Below are positions 25,800 through 36,970 of a stretch of DNA of 64,000 nt, piece after piece (position 1 is the first letter of the stretch; each line of letters begins with the position of its first letter). The notes under the pieces were generated by a model. That model was not told the DNA's origin and did no database searches. It saw nothing but the letters and a program-made list of their open reading frames with translations. A program made the position numbers and the translations under genes. The DNA comes from Octopus sinensis (taxonomy: Eukaryota), in NCBI RefSeq assembly GCF_006345805.1, contig NC_043024.1, positions 7,626,001 through 7,690,000 on the forward strand, given 5' to 3'.

Positions 25800-26050
25800 A
25801 AGGTGTCCGGGGACCCTTGCCACAGCCTTCTTCATCTTCAAAATGAGTGTCCTTGAGGTTATCCTTCAGCTCGGGGAAACAACCAAAAGCCACAGGGAGC
25901 AAGGTCTGGACTGTAGGGAGGGTAAGGGATGGTTTCTATGTCCATCTCTGTCAAGTACTTGGTTACCAAAATGCCTGTCACTGAGCAACCTGGGAGCAAA
26001 CTTTTCTTCATGCTCAAATCTTCATTTATAATTCTTTGTACAGTTGGCAC
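25800..26050 (-). mobile_element. Mariner transposase fragment
   Basis: PYPPYSPDLAPCGFWLFP motif. Confidence 0.75.
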
Positions 26051-26113
26051 CCCCAAATCCAAACTGTAGAAGGGGGTACACAAAAGAAACTGGAATTTTG
26101 CAATATTATTTTA

Positions 26114-26611
26114 CTAGCACTATGACCCGGCAACGCCGGGTCATAGTGCTAGTGCATGCATGCACACATACATGTGAGTACTGTCCAAATCTCCGACCAA
26201 TCACATACAGCTAGCTGGCATTCAATTGGCGTATCAAGTTTCGGGTATTTCAATTGGGTTTTGGATAGAAAATTCACAAAAAAGTCACTTCTATTGATTT
26301 TTTAATGGCTTTGTGGGGTGACTGGGGAAATGTAAAGATGTGCACGACCACCCTTGGACGGTTTTGAATGATCATAGAAAGTGCGAGCCCTCTAACTGAA
26401 AAATTGTGGATTTGTATAAAGGACACACACAGAGACATTTTGCCGTTTATATATAGAGAGATTTGCGGGGTGACTGGGGAAATGTAAATATGTACACGAC
26501 CACCCTTGGACGGTTTTGAATGACCATAGAAAGTGCGAGCCCTCTAACTGAAAAATTGTGGATTTGTATAAAGGACACACACAGACATTTTGCCGTTTAT
26601 ATATAGAGAGA
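26114..26611 (-). mobile_element. Non-autonomous Helitron (family B) with a duplicated 5' end and palindromic 3' end
   Basis: 5' TCTCTCTATATATAAACGGCAAAATGTC occurs twice (26611 and 26461, about 150-bp period); 3' end CCCGGCGTTGCCGGG...CTAG|T at 26114. Confidence 0.75.
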
Positions 26612-27457
26612 CTAGCAGAATTGCCCGGCGTTGCTCGGGGCTGAATTGCTTGAAAGTACTGTTAATGATTGCACTGAATTATGATGATTATTCAGGCAAA
26701 TATTGATATAAGTTTACGGTGGGAGATAAGGACTTAACAATCAAGCGTGTGCCATTGCATTGTTTTGGGGGAACCAAATTTCTGATGAGCATTATAGGGG
26801 CACCAACTTTAAGTTTGAGAAAGTGTGGTGGTAGTCCGGGGTGCTCAAAGGAATTGAGTACCTCTATTGGATAGTTGATGACGTCCTCTGGGTCAGGAGT
26901 TGTATCGATAGACTGATATACATAGACTTCCCCAGGAATGAGTTTTAGCATTTCATCATTAATATGGTGAACAGTTTTATTCCACGGGGCCAGTATAGCC
27001 TTTTTGCCAATCCAATCCATATTCTGATAATTAGCTTGTAGATCTGGGAACACTGCATCTCTGAGATCAGAAGGCGTCTTAACAATGGTACAAATGGAAT
27101 CGATGGCAATATTACCATTTTCATCCCCTGGTATTTTGCCTTCGCCAAGTGCAAGGAGGGTGTGAGGAAATGCTGCTGATGTGATATTACGTCGCATATG
27201 AGCATGCATATTGGTGTGAAGTTTGAGAGTTACTTCCCTTTATTAAAAAAATATGCATTAAAATGGAAAAAAATGATGGTAAATTATTTGTAAAATCATA
27301 GACTCATCGTAGACGCGCGCTAATACCCAGAAGGGCTCGATATGAATGACGACTATGAGATACCCGGTTTTGGTTAAACTGCATCGCAAAATGTGGGAGT
27401 AGTTAGGAATCTAAATCGGAGTAGACAGACACACAACCTTTCTTTTATATATAAATA
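26612..27457 (-). mobile_element. Helitron (family A termini) carrying a PIF1-like RepHel helicase fragment
   Basis: ORF 26688-27209 contains AILAP.N..V..IN, YPIEVLNSFEHPGLPPHFLKLKVGAPIMLIRNL and CNGTRLIV, the PIF1/Helitron helicase C-terminal motifs, between family-A 5' and 3' (hairpin + CTAG) ends. Confidence 0.9.
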
Positions 27458-28557
27458 TTTTCGTCCTAAAAAACTTTGTATGGATTGAATGGTTACCTCT
27501 ATGGAAATATATACACGCACATTATACATACATGTGTGTATAGATGAATATATAAATACATTTAAATATCTATATACACTTTTGGGCGATCTTTGTTTCT
27601 TAGAGATAACTTTAGATCTTATTTTCGTCCTAAAAAACTGTGAATGGTTACCTCTATGGAAATATATACACACACGTTATACATACATGTGTGCATAGAT
27701 GAATATATAAATACATTTATATATCTATATACACTTTTGGGCGATCTTTGTGCTACTTAGAGATAACTTTAGATCTTATTTTCGTCCTAAAAACTTTGTG
27801 CGGAGTGAATGGTTACGTCTATAGAAATATATACACACACGTTATACATACATCTGTGTATAGATGAATATATAAATACATTTAAATGTCTATATACACT
27901 TTTGGGCGATCTTTCTGCTACTTGTATATACTTTAGATGTTATATTCGTCCTAAAAAAACTTTGTATGGAGTGAAAGGTTACCTCTATGGAAATATATAG
28001 ACACACATTATACATACATCTGTGTAAAGATGAATATATAAATACATTTAAATATCTATATACACTTTTGGGCGATCTTTCTGCTACTTGGATATAGGTC
28101 TTATATTCGTCCAAAAAAACTTTCCTGTCACACACTCACGCACACACACACGCACCCTCACACACACACACGCACACACACACACACGCACGTTAGCTTA
28201 CAATTTTATTTATATATTTGCGTGTCTATGTGTGTAAAGAGGAAGTGGGAGGCAGAGTGAAAGAGTCACTCACTACAGAAAGTGAATTACTTTCAGTTTA
28301 TTCGTTGCACACTGTGTGTGTGCGTTTGCGTGTGCTGTATTCCACACTAAGAGAAGCATTTGACTCATACACCACAATGTGAGTTTTCTCTAAATTTTGC
28401 TTAATTGGGGTTGAAATTTTAAAAACTGGACCTGGCACGACCCGATGCATTCTACTCTTAAAAATGCTAGGTAAATTGTAATTGAAGAAATCCTATATTG
28501 TAGATTTCTATAAGATACAAAGGGAGGCAGATAAAATCTGCCTTTTATAATAAGAGA
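27458..28557 (-). mobile_element. Probable Helitron-derived segment with an internal ~160-bp tandem repeat (about 4 copies, 27458-28125)
   Basis: A|TCTCTTATTATAAAAGG at 28557 resembles a Helitron 5' end. The repeat unit TATTTTCGTCCTAAAAAACTTTG...TTTTGGGCGATCTTT is directly visible. No CTAG 3' end of its own was seen. Confidence 0.5.
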
Positions 28558-28559
28558 TT

Positions 28560-28760
28560 CACTTAGTTTTACATTTTTACACTTTTATAACCTTCAAAGT
28601 AGTCTCCATTTGAAGCAGTGCACTGGTCCAGATGCATTTTCCACTGTTCAAAGCAGTCCTAGAACACCTGTGAATTGATGCCTTTTAACACCTCCATCAT
28701 TATTTTCTTTGCCTTTTCTACATCTGCAAAATGTTTTCCTTTAAGGACATTATTCATTTG
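28560..28760 (-). mobile_element. Mariner 3' fragment
   Basis: LKGKHFADVEKAKK resembles the mariner C-terminal LKG.RF..VE motif. Confidence 0.55.
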
Positions 28761-30089
28761 GAAGGAACAAATAAAAGTTGCAGGGAGTACTATGAACTCC
28801 AGTAGCTTGCTTACCAACCCAATGGTTCTGAGTTCAGTGTCACATGTGTTGAGAGGAATTCTTTGGGGCTTGAATAATTCACCTCTGGAAACATGGATGT
28901 TTTGTTCATCATCCTTAAACAACCCTTATTCAGGTACCTTTTGAGTGGGTTATTCAACCTGAAGAAAGTTCTAACTGGGCCCCGCCTGCAAGGTCATGCA
29001 CTGTTTATCTTGATATAAGGTCACCATGTCATTCACATATGGTTGTGATGCATGTGCCTGGTGTATCCTTATCAGATGAGTAGTCACGATGGGTATACTG
29101 GGCTTTGTATATTTGTACCCCAGTGTCATTTTGATGGCATGTACTACTCTCTCACTCAATAATAATAATAATAATTATTATTATTATTATAACAGAAAAA
29201 AGGAAAAACAAAGCAAACTAGTTGTGTGGTTAAGAAGGTCACTCTGCAAACATGGATTTAGGTTCAATCCCAGTGTGCGGCACTTTGAGCAACTTTCATC
29301 TACTATGAACTCCAGGTGACCAATGCCTTGACAGAATTTAGTTGACGGAAACTGTACAGAAGCCTGTCATATGTACACACACACACAAACATTTGTGTGT
29401 GTCTTTGTCCCCTTCTTACTGCTTGACAACAAATGTTGGTTTGTTTATGTCCTTGAAATTTAGTGGTTTGGCAAGAGACTGATGGAATAAGCCGCAGCCT
29501 GAAAAAATAAACAAACAAAAAAAAAAACAAAAGTATAAAAAGACAAAAGTACCGCAGTCAGTTTGTTTGACTAACAGAAAAAAATAAATAAAATAAAATA
29601 AAATAAAACCCCCAAAATTTGGAAAAAAGGTAAAAGAAAGATAATAGAAGACTGTTACAAAAACGAAGGAGGGGTTATATTGGAATTATGCTGATGTGCA
29701 AATCTGATTGTTAATAAATGCCAACATGGCATTTAGTAAGTAGCAGCCGAAGTGGTAACAATAAAAGTGCTGATGAAGCAGCTATCTTACTCTGACTGCC
29801 TCTCTGCCTGCCTGTCGCTGTCTCTCTCTCTCGCACACACACTGTCATAAATCTACCGCTCAACCGTCAATCACAATAATAAACAATGTCAAACGGAACA
29901 AAAACAATGCTTACCGCGGCCCAAGTGCGCAGTGCATCACAGTGACAGAGCAAATTTGCTGAGCTAAGCAGCCTTCAAGCTGTGTGTTTTGACGGGCACT
30001 GTCAAGTGGCACTGCTTAAAGGGCTACGACAGTTGGGGGAAGGGATGGGAAGGGTTTAAGAAGAAAGTGAGATGGGGGTGGGGACAAAC

Positions 30090-30712
30090 AGACACACAAA
30101 CATATACACACTCATACATACATATATATATATACATACATATATATACATACACACATACATACATACATATATATACATACACACATGCGAGTACTGT
30201 CCAAATCTCCGACCAATCACATACAGCTAGCTGGCATTCAATTGGCGTATCAAGTTTCGGGCATTTCAATTGGGTTTTGGATAGAAAATTCACAAAAAAG
30301 TCACTTCTATATACACACTCATACATACATATATATATATATATATACTTACATACATGCATATATATATATACTTACATACATACATATATATATATAC
30401 TTACATACATACATATACATACATACACACACACATACATACATATACATACATACACACACACATATACATACATACACACACACACACATACATATAT
30501 ATACATACACACACACACACATACATATATATACATACACACACACATACATATATATATATATACATACACACACACATACATATATATACATACACAC
30601 ACATACATATATATACATACATACACACACATACATATATATACATACATATATACATATACATACATACATACATATATACATACATACATACATACAT
30701 ATATATACATAC

Positions 30713-30771
<59 letters not shown>

Positions 30772-31474
30772 CATACATATATATATATACATACATACAT
30801 ATATACATACATATATATATATACATACATATATACATACATATATACATACATATATATATATACATACATATATACATACATAAATATACATAAACAT
30901 ATATATATATACATACATACATATATATATACATAAACATATATATATATATACATAAACATATATATATATATATACATACATACATATATATACATAA
31001 ACATATATATATATACATACATACATACAAATACATAAACATATATATATATACATACATACATACAAACATATATATACATACATACATATATATACAT
31101 ACATACACACATATACATACATACACACATACATACATATATATACATACATACACACATATATATACAAACATACACACATATATATACAAACATACAC
31201 ACATATATATACATACATACATACACACATACATACACATACATACATAAATATACATACATACATATACACATACATACATACATACATACATACATAA
31301 TATATACATACATACATACATACATATACATACATACATACATACATATATATACACACATATATATACATACATACATATACATACATACGTATATATA
31401 CACACACATACATATACATACATACACATATATACATACACACATACATACACATACATATACATACACACACA

Positions 31475-31512
<38 letters not shown>

Positions 31513-32103
31513 CATACACACATACATACATACATACATATACATACACACATGCGAGTACTGTCCAAATCTCCGACCAATCACATACAGCTAGCTGGCA
31601 TTCAATTGGCGTATCAAGTTTCGGGCATTTCAATTGGGTTTTGGATAGAAAATTCACAAAAAAGTCACTTCTATATACACACTCATACATACATATATAT
31701 ATATATATACTTACATACATACATATATATATATACTTACATACATACATATACATACATACACACACACACATACATATACATACATACACACACACAC
31801 ACATACATATATATACATACACACACACATACATATATATACATACACACACACACATACATATATACATACACACACACACATACATACATATATATAT
31901 ACATACACACACACATACATATATATACATACACACACATACATACACACACATACATATATATACATACATACACACACATACATATATATACATACAT
32001 ACACACACATACATATATATACATACATACACACACATACATATATATACATACATACATATATATACATATATACATACATACATACATATACATATAT
32101 ACA

Positions 32104-32139
<36 letters not shown>

Positions 32140-32878
32140 CATATATACATACATACATACATACATCATACATACATACATACACATACATATATATACA
32201 TACATATATACATACATAAATATACATAAACATATATATATATACATACATAAATATACATAAACATATATATATATACATACATACATATATATATACA
32301 TAAACATATATATATACATAAACATATATATATATATATACATACATACATACATAAACATATATATATACATAAACATATATATATATATATACATACA
32401 TACATACATAAACATATATATATATATATACATACATACATACATAAACATATATATATATATATATACATACATATATATACATAAACATATATATATA
32501 TACATACATACATATATATACATACATACACACATACATACATATATATATACATACATACACACATATATATACATACATACACACATATATATACATA
32601 CATACATACACACATACATACATATATATACATACATACATACATATACATACATACATACATACATATACATACATACATACATATACATACATACATA
32701 CATACATACATATACATACATACATACATATATATATATACACACATATATATACATACATACATACATATATATATATACACACATATATACACACATA
32801 CATATACATACATACACATATATACATACACACACATACATACACATACATATACATACATATACATACACACACATA

Positions 32879-32912
<34 letters not shown>

Positions 32913-32972
32913 CATACATACATATATATATACATGCATACATATATATACATGCATACATATATATACATG

Positions 32973-33003
<31 letters not shown>

Positions 33004-33005
33004 AT
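30090..33005. repeat. Compound (AT)/(AC)/(ATAC) microsatellite array with an internal ~1.37-kb duplication
   Basis: Low-complexity array; the same ~125-bp complex insert occurs at about 30186 and 31551. Confidence 0.95.
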
Positions 33006-33999
33006 ACAAGCAAAATGTACTCGTCCAATGGATGGTGCTGAGTTGTCAAACATTTAAACCAAATTTTCTCAAAACAACTTGTCCGACCGTCCCATAGGCC
33101 TCCCCTTTGAGAAACACTGATTTAACCTAAATTTGAGACACCGTGCATTTTTCTCGCATATGCGTAGTATTGATCGTAACAGCTGATGCACTTGCACGTA
33201 CAAATGCAAGTTCCCACGGCTTTATCGATCGCATTCTCACCTGAAATCGATTTTTGTAATTTTTTCAAGACTTATACATGTCCTGATACCGTTGATATCT
33301 ACATATCAAATTTGAGCGCAATCGGATGGAGGATGCCCGAGATCCTAGAAGACACATACACAGACAGAATGGGTTTTATATAATAGACATGCATATATAC
33401 GATGGGCTTCTTTCAGTTTCCGTCTACCAAATCCACTCTCAAGGCTTTGGTTGGCCCAAGGCTATAGTAGAAGACACTTACCCTGGACAGTGTTCCCAGT
33501 GGCAATATTCACACATGGTCGATGTTCCTAGTGGCAATTTTCCCACATGGGCAATGTTCTGAGTGGAAATTATTCCAGGGGAAATTTTCCCAGTGGCAAT
33601 TATCTTAGAGCTATATATACAACAGGCTTCTTTCGGTTTTCCATCTATCAAATCCACTCACAAGGCTTTGGTCGTCCCGAGGCTATAGTAGAAGACACTT
33701 GCCCAAGGTGCCATGCTGTGGGACTGAACCCAGAACCATGTGGTTGGGAAGCAAGAAAAATAGGGTTATTAGTGAGGGATCATCAATCCATGCAAATTAC
33801 TTTATAAGCTCTCCAGGCTAACAATATTCTTCAGATAAGTAAAGAACTCTGTATTCCTGTGGAAAGGTCTGAAATTCTAGTTCATCACCATTCTATATTG
33901 TATATCCATGGTTGTGCTCAAGTTCTTCTGGTTTTTACAGAGAGTGATATATCAGTTTGGTAAGAAAGTTCTTGGACACTTTTAACATATCATGTTGTG

Positions 34000-34145
34000 T
34001 CTGGGGAGAGTCATTCTCTTTTTGTGCCTTATAATTTAACACACACCAGTAAAATTTCCACTTATTTCTTATTTTTATTTTCCTAAAATTTTACCAGTGA
34101 GTGTGTTAAATTATAAGGCACAAAAAGAAAATGATTCTCCCCAGA
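34000..34145. mobile_element. Short MITE / fold-back element with ~50-bp TIRs
   Basis: TCTGGGGAGAGTCATTCTCTTTTTGTGCCTTATAATTTAACACAC is mirrored by GTGTGTTAAATTATAAGGCACAAAAAGAAAATGATTCTCCCCAGA. Confidence 0.8.
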
Positions 34146-34439
34146 TATAACAGAATATGCTTCAACACAGGAACTCACATAAAAAATCTTGCAAACCAAA
34201 TCCAAAAACGAGATTTAACATATCACTTAATTAACATCATCATCATCATCATTTAGCGTCCGTTCTCCATGCTAGCATGGGTTGGACGGTTCAACTGGGG
34301 TCTGTGAAGCCGGAAGGCTTCATCAGGCCCAGTCAGATCTGGCAGTGTTTCTACGGCTGGATGCCCTTCCTAACGCCAACCACTCCGTGAGTGTAGTGGG
34401 TGCTTTTTACGTGCCACCCGCACAGGTGCCAGACAGAGC

Positions 34440-35250
34440 TGGCAAACGGCCACAAACGGATGGTGCTTTTACGTGTCACCGGCACGGGGGCCAGGAGAGG
34501 CTGGCAACGGACACGAACGGATGGTGCTTTTACGTGCCACCGGCACGGGGGCCAGGCGAGGCTGGCAACGGACACGAACGGATGGTGCTTTTACGTGTCA
34601 CCGGCACGGGGGCCAGGCGAGGCTGGCAACGGACACGAACGGATGGTGCTTTTACGTGCCACCGGCACGGGGGCCAGGCGAGGCTGGCAACGGACACGAA
34701 CGGATGGTGCTTTTACGTGTCACCGGCACGGGGGCCAGGCGAGGCTGGCAACGGACACGAACGGATGGTGCTTTTACGTGCCACCGGCACGGGGGCCAGG
34801 CGAGGCTGGCAACGGACACGAACGGATGGTGCTTTTACGTGTCACCGGCACGGGGGCCAGGCGAGGCTGGCAACGGACACGAACGGATGGTGCTTTTACG
34901 TGCCACCGGCACGGGGGCCAGGCGAGGCTGGCAACGGACACGAACGGATGGTGCTTTTACGTGTCACCGGCACGGGGGCCAGGCGAGGCTGGCAACGGAC
35001 ACGAACGGATGGTGCTTTTACGTGCCACCGGCACGGGGGCCAGGCGAGGCTGGCAACGGACACGAACGGATGGTGCTTTTACGTGCCACCAACACGGGGG
35101 CCAGACAGAGCTGGCAAACGGCCACAAACGGATGGTGCTTTTACGTGTCACCGGCACGGGGGCCAGGCGAGGCTGGCAACGGACACGAACGGATGGTGCT
35201 TTTACGTGCCACCAACACGGGGGCCAGACAGAGCTGGCAAACGGCCACGG
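34440..35250. repeat. 61-bp minisatellite (about 13 copies) inside a family-b retroposon
   Basis: Unit GGCACGGGGGCCAGGCGAGGCTGGCAACGGACACGAACGGATGGTGCTTTTACGTGYCACC. Confidence 0.95.
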
Positions 35251-35254
35251 CCAC

Positions 35255-36190
35255 AATTAAAAGAAACAATAAAGAACAATCAATCCAAAAGGTAATCACC
35301 TTCGTTATCGGATCACCTTTTGCCATCTTTCAGGTAAAGTTTTGAATCCTTTCATCCAGAAATCACGTGGCTTTGAACCAATAAAGTTGCACAGGAATGA
35401 TTTCACATCTTCGTTTTCAAACTCTGTATTGCAAATCGCATGTTGCAAGGCAGAGAATAAGTGGTAGTCAGAAGGGGCAAGGTCAGGAGAAAGCGGTGGG
35501 TGCACCATAGTCTCCCAGCCCGCCTCCTTCAGCTACTCTGACGTCTTCTTTGCACGATGTGTTGGCATGTTGTCTTGGTGGTAAATTATCTTCTTCAAAT
35601 TTGAGCATTTTGCAGCCAGCGCGATCTTTAGACGGTCGATTTGTTCCCAGTAGACATCCTTGTCAACGGTGATATTGCATGGGAGAAGATCCAACATGAT
35701 CACACCACGGCAATCCCACCAAACTGAGATCATAACCTTCTTTTGCACAAGCGGTCCTTTTGGTGAAGGTCTTGGCTGTTGACCTTTGCTACACCAGGAT
35801 CATCTGCACCTCGCGTTGGAGTACAGTACCCAAGCTGAAAAAGAAGTAATTTCTACTCTTCTCCTCTGGAAGCCATCTACTCGCAATACCAGAGGGCGCA
35901 CACTCTCCTACCCTGATGTAATCTCCAGGGATACAGGCATCCAGCAACAGGACCTCCGTAATGCTATGATGGACCGTGAAGTCTGGCGTAACATAATAAA
36001 TTCCATTGTCTCGACCACGGTCGAACAATGATGATGACAGTACCCACTTTTCGTCCATAGTGATTACTGACTGCGACCAATCGAATCTTCAGCTTCTCCA
36101 GAGCAGACTTTGACATGCAGGGACATGCTTTTTTGTTCGCTTCAGTCAATTCATGTGGCACCTATTTTCCAAGCTTGCTGACCTTGCCGA
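35255..36190 (-). mobile_element. Decayed mariner (DD34D) transposase
   Basis: Fragments PHELT, DEKWVL, KKVMISVWWD, YHQDN.PTH and HPPLSPDLAPSDYHLF...LPERWQKV in the correct order. Confidence 0.85.
35787..36040 (+). mobile_element. RTE-type LINE 3' end inserted in a mariner
   Basis: Same family as 49660-50400; (GAT)n tail; splits the mariner ORF just after DEKWVL. Confidence 0.8.
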
Positions 36191-36199
36191 GTCTTTATA

Positions 36200-36970
36200 T
36201 ATATTTCTTTACTACCCACAAGGGGCTAAACATAGAGGGGACAAACAAGGACAGACAAAGGGATTAAATCGATTACATCGACCCCAGTGCGAAACTGGTA
36301 CTTTATATATCGACCCCGAAAGGATGAAAGGCAAAGTCGACCTAGGTGGAATTTGAACTCAGAATGCAATGCCAGACGAAATACCTATTTCTTTACTACC
36401 CACAAGGGGCTAAACATAGAGGGGACAAACAAGGACAGACATAGGTATTAAGTCGATTACATCGACTCCAGTGTGTAACTGGTACTTTATATATATCGAC
36501 CCCGAAAGGATGAAAGGCAAAGTCGACCTAGGTGGAATTTGAACTCAGAACGCAATGCCAGACGAAATACCTATTTCTTTACTACCCACAAGGGGCTAAA
36601 CATAGAGGGGACAAACAAGGACAGACAAAGGGATTAAATCGATTACATCGACCCCAGTGCGAAACTGGTACTTTATATATCGACCCCGAAAGGATGAAAG
36701 GCAAAGTCGACCTAGGTGGAATTTGAACTCAGAACGCAATGCCAGACGAAATACCTATTTCTTTACTACCCACAAGGGGCTAAACATAGAGGGGACAAAC
36801 AAAGGGATTAAATCGATTACATCGACCCCAGTGCGAAACTGGTACTTTATTTATCGACCCCGAAAGGATGAAAGGCAAAGTCATCCACGGCAGAATTTGA
36901 ACTCAGAACGTAGTGACAGACGAAATTCCGCTAAGCATTTCGCCCACTGCGCTAACGTGTCTGCCAGCTT
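36200..36970 (-). mobile_element. SINE family c as a ~185-bp tandem multimer (about 4 units)
   Basis: Unit GGTATTTCGTCTG...GAGTTCAAATTCC...TTTCATCCTTTCGGGGTCG...GTAGTAAAGAAATA. Multimers also at about 47570-48150 and 63095-63575; monomers at about 39830-40052 and 41700-41928 (+). Confidence 0.8.

Noticed and set aside
26688-27209. Host PIF1 helicase exon
   Set aside because: Bounded by Helitron termini, and it cannot be spliced sensibly into the host gene.
30349-33053. 400-880-aa ORFs
   Set aside because: Translations of an AT/AC microsatellite array.
33008-33390. Possible Helentron/DINE-like non-autonomous element
   Set aside because: Only a vague resemblance (ACAGACAGA…TTTTATATAATAGA end) and a single copy in the window, so not enough to call.
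34282-35345. 286-337-aa repetitive ORFs in three frames
   Set aside because: Produced by the 61-bp minisatellite of a retroposon; being open in all frames is typical of a stop-free repeat.
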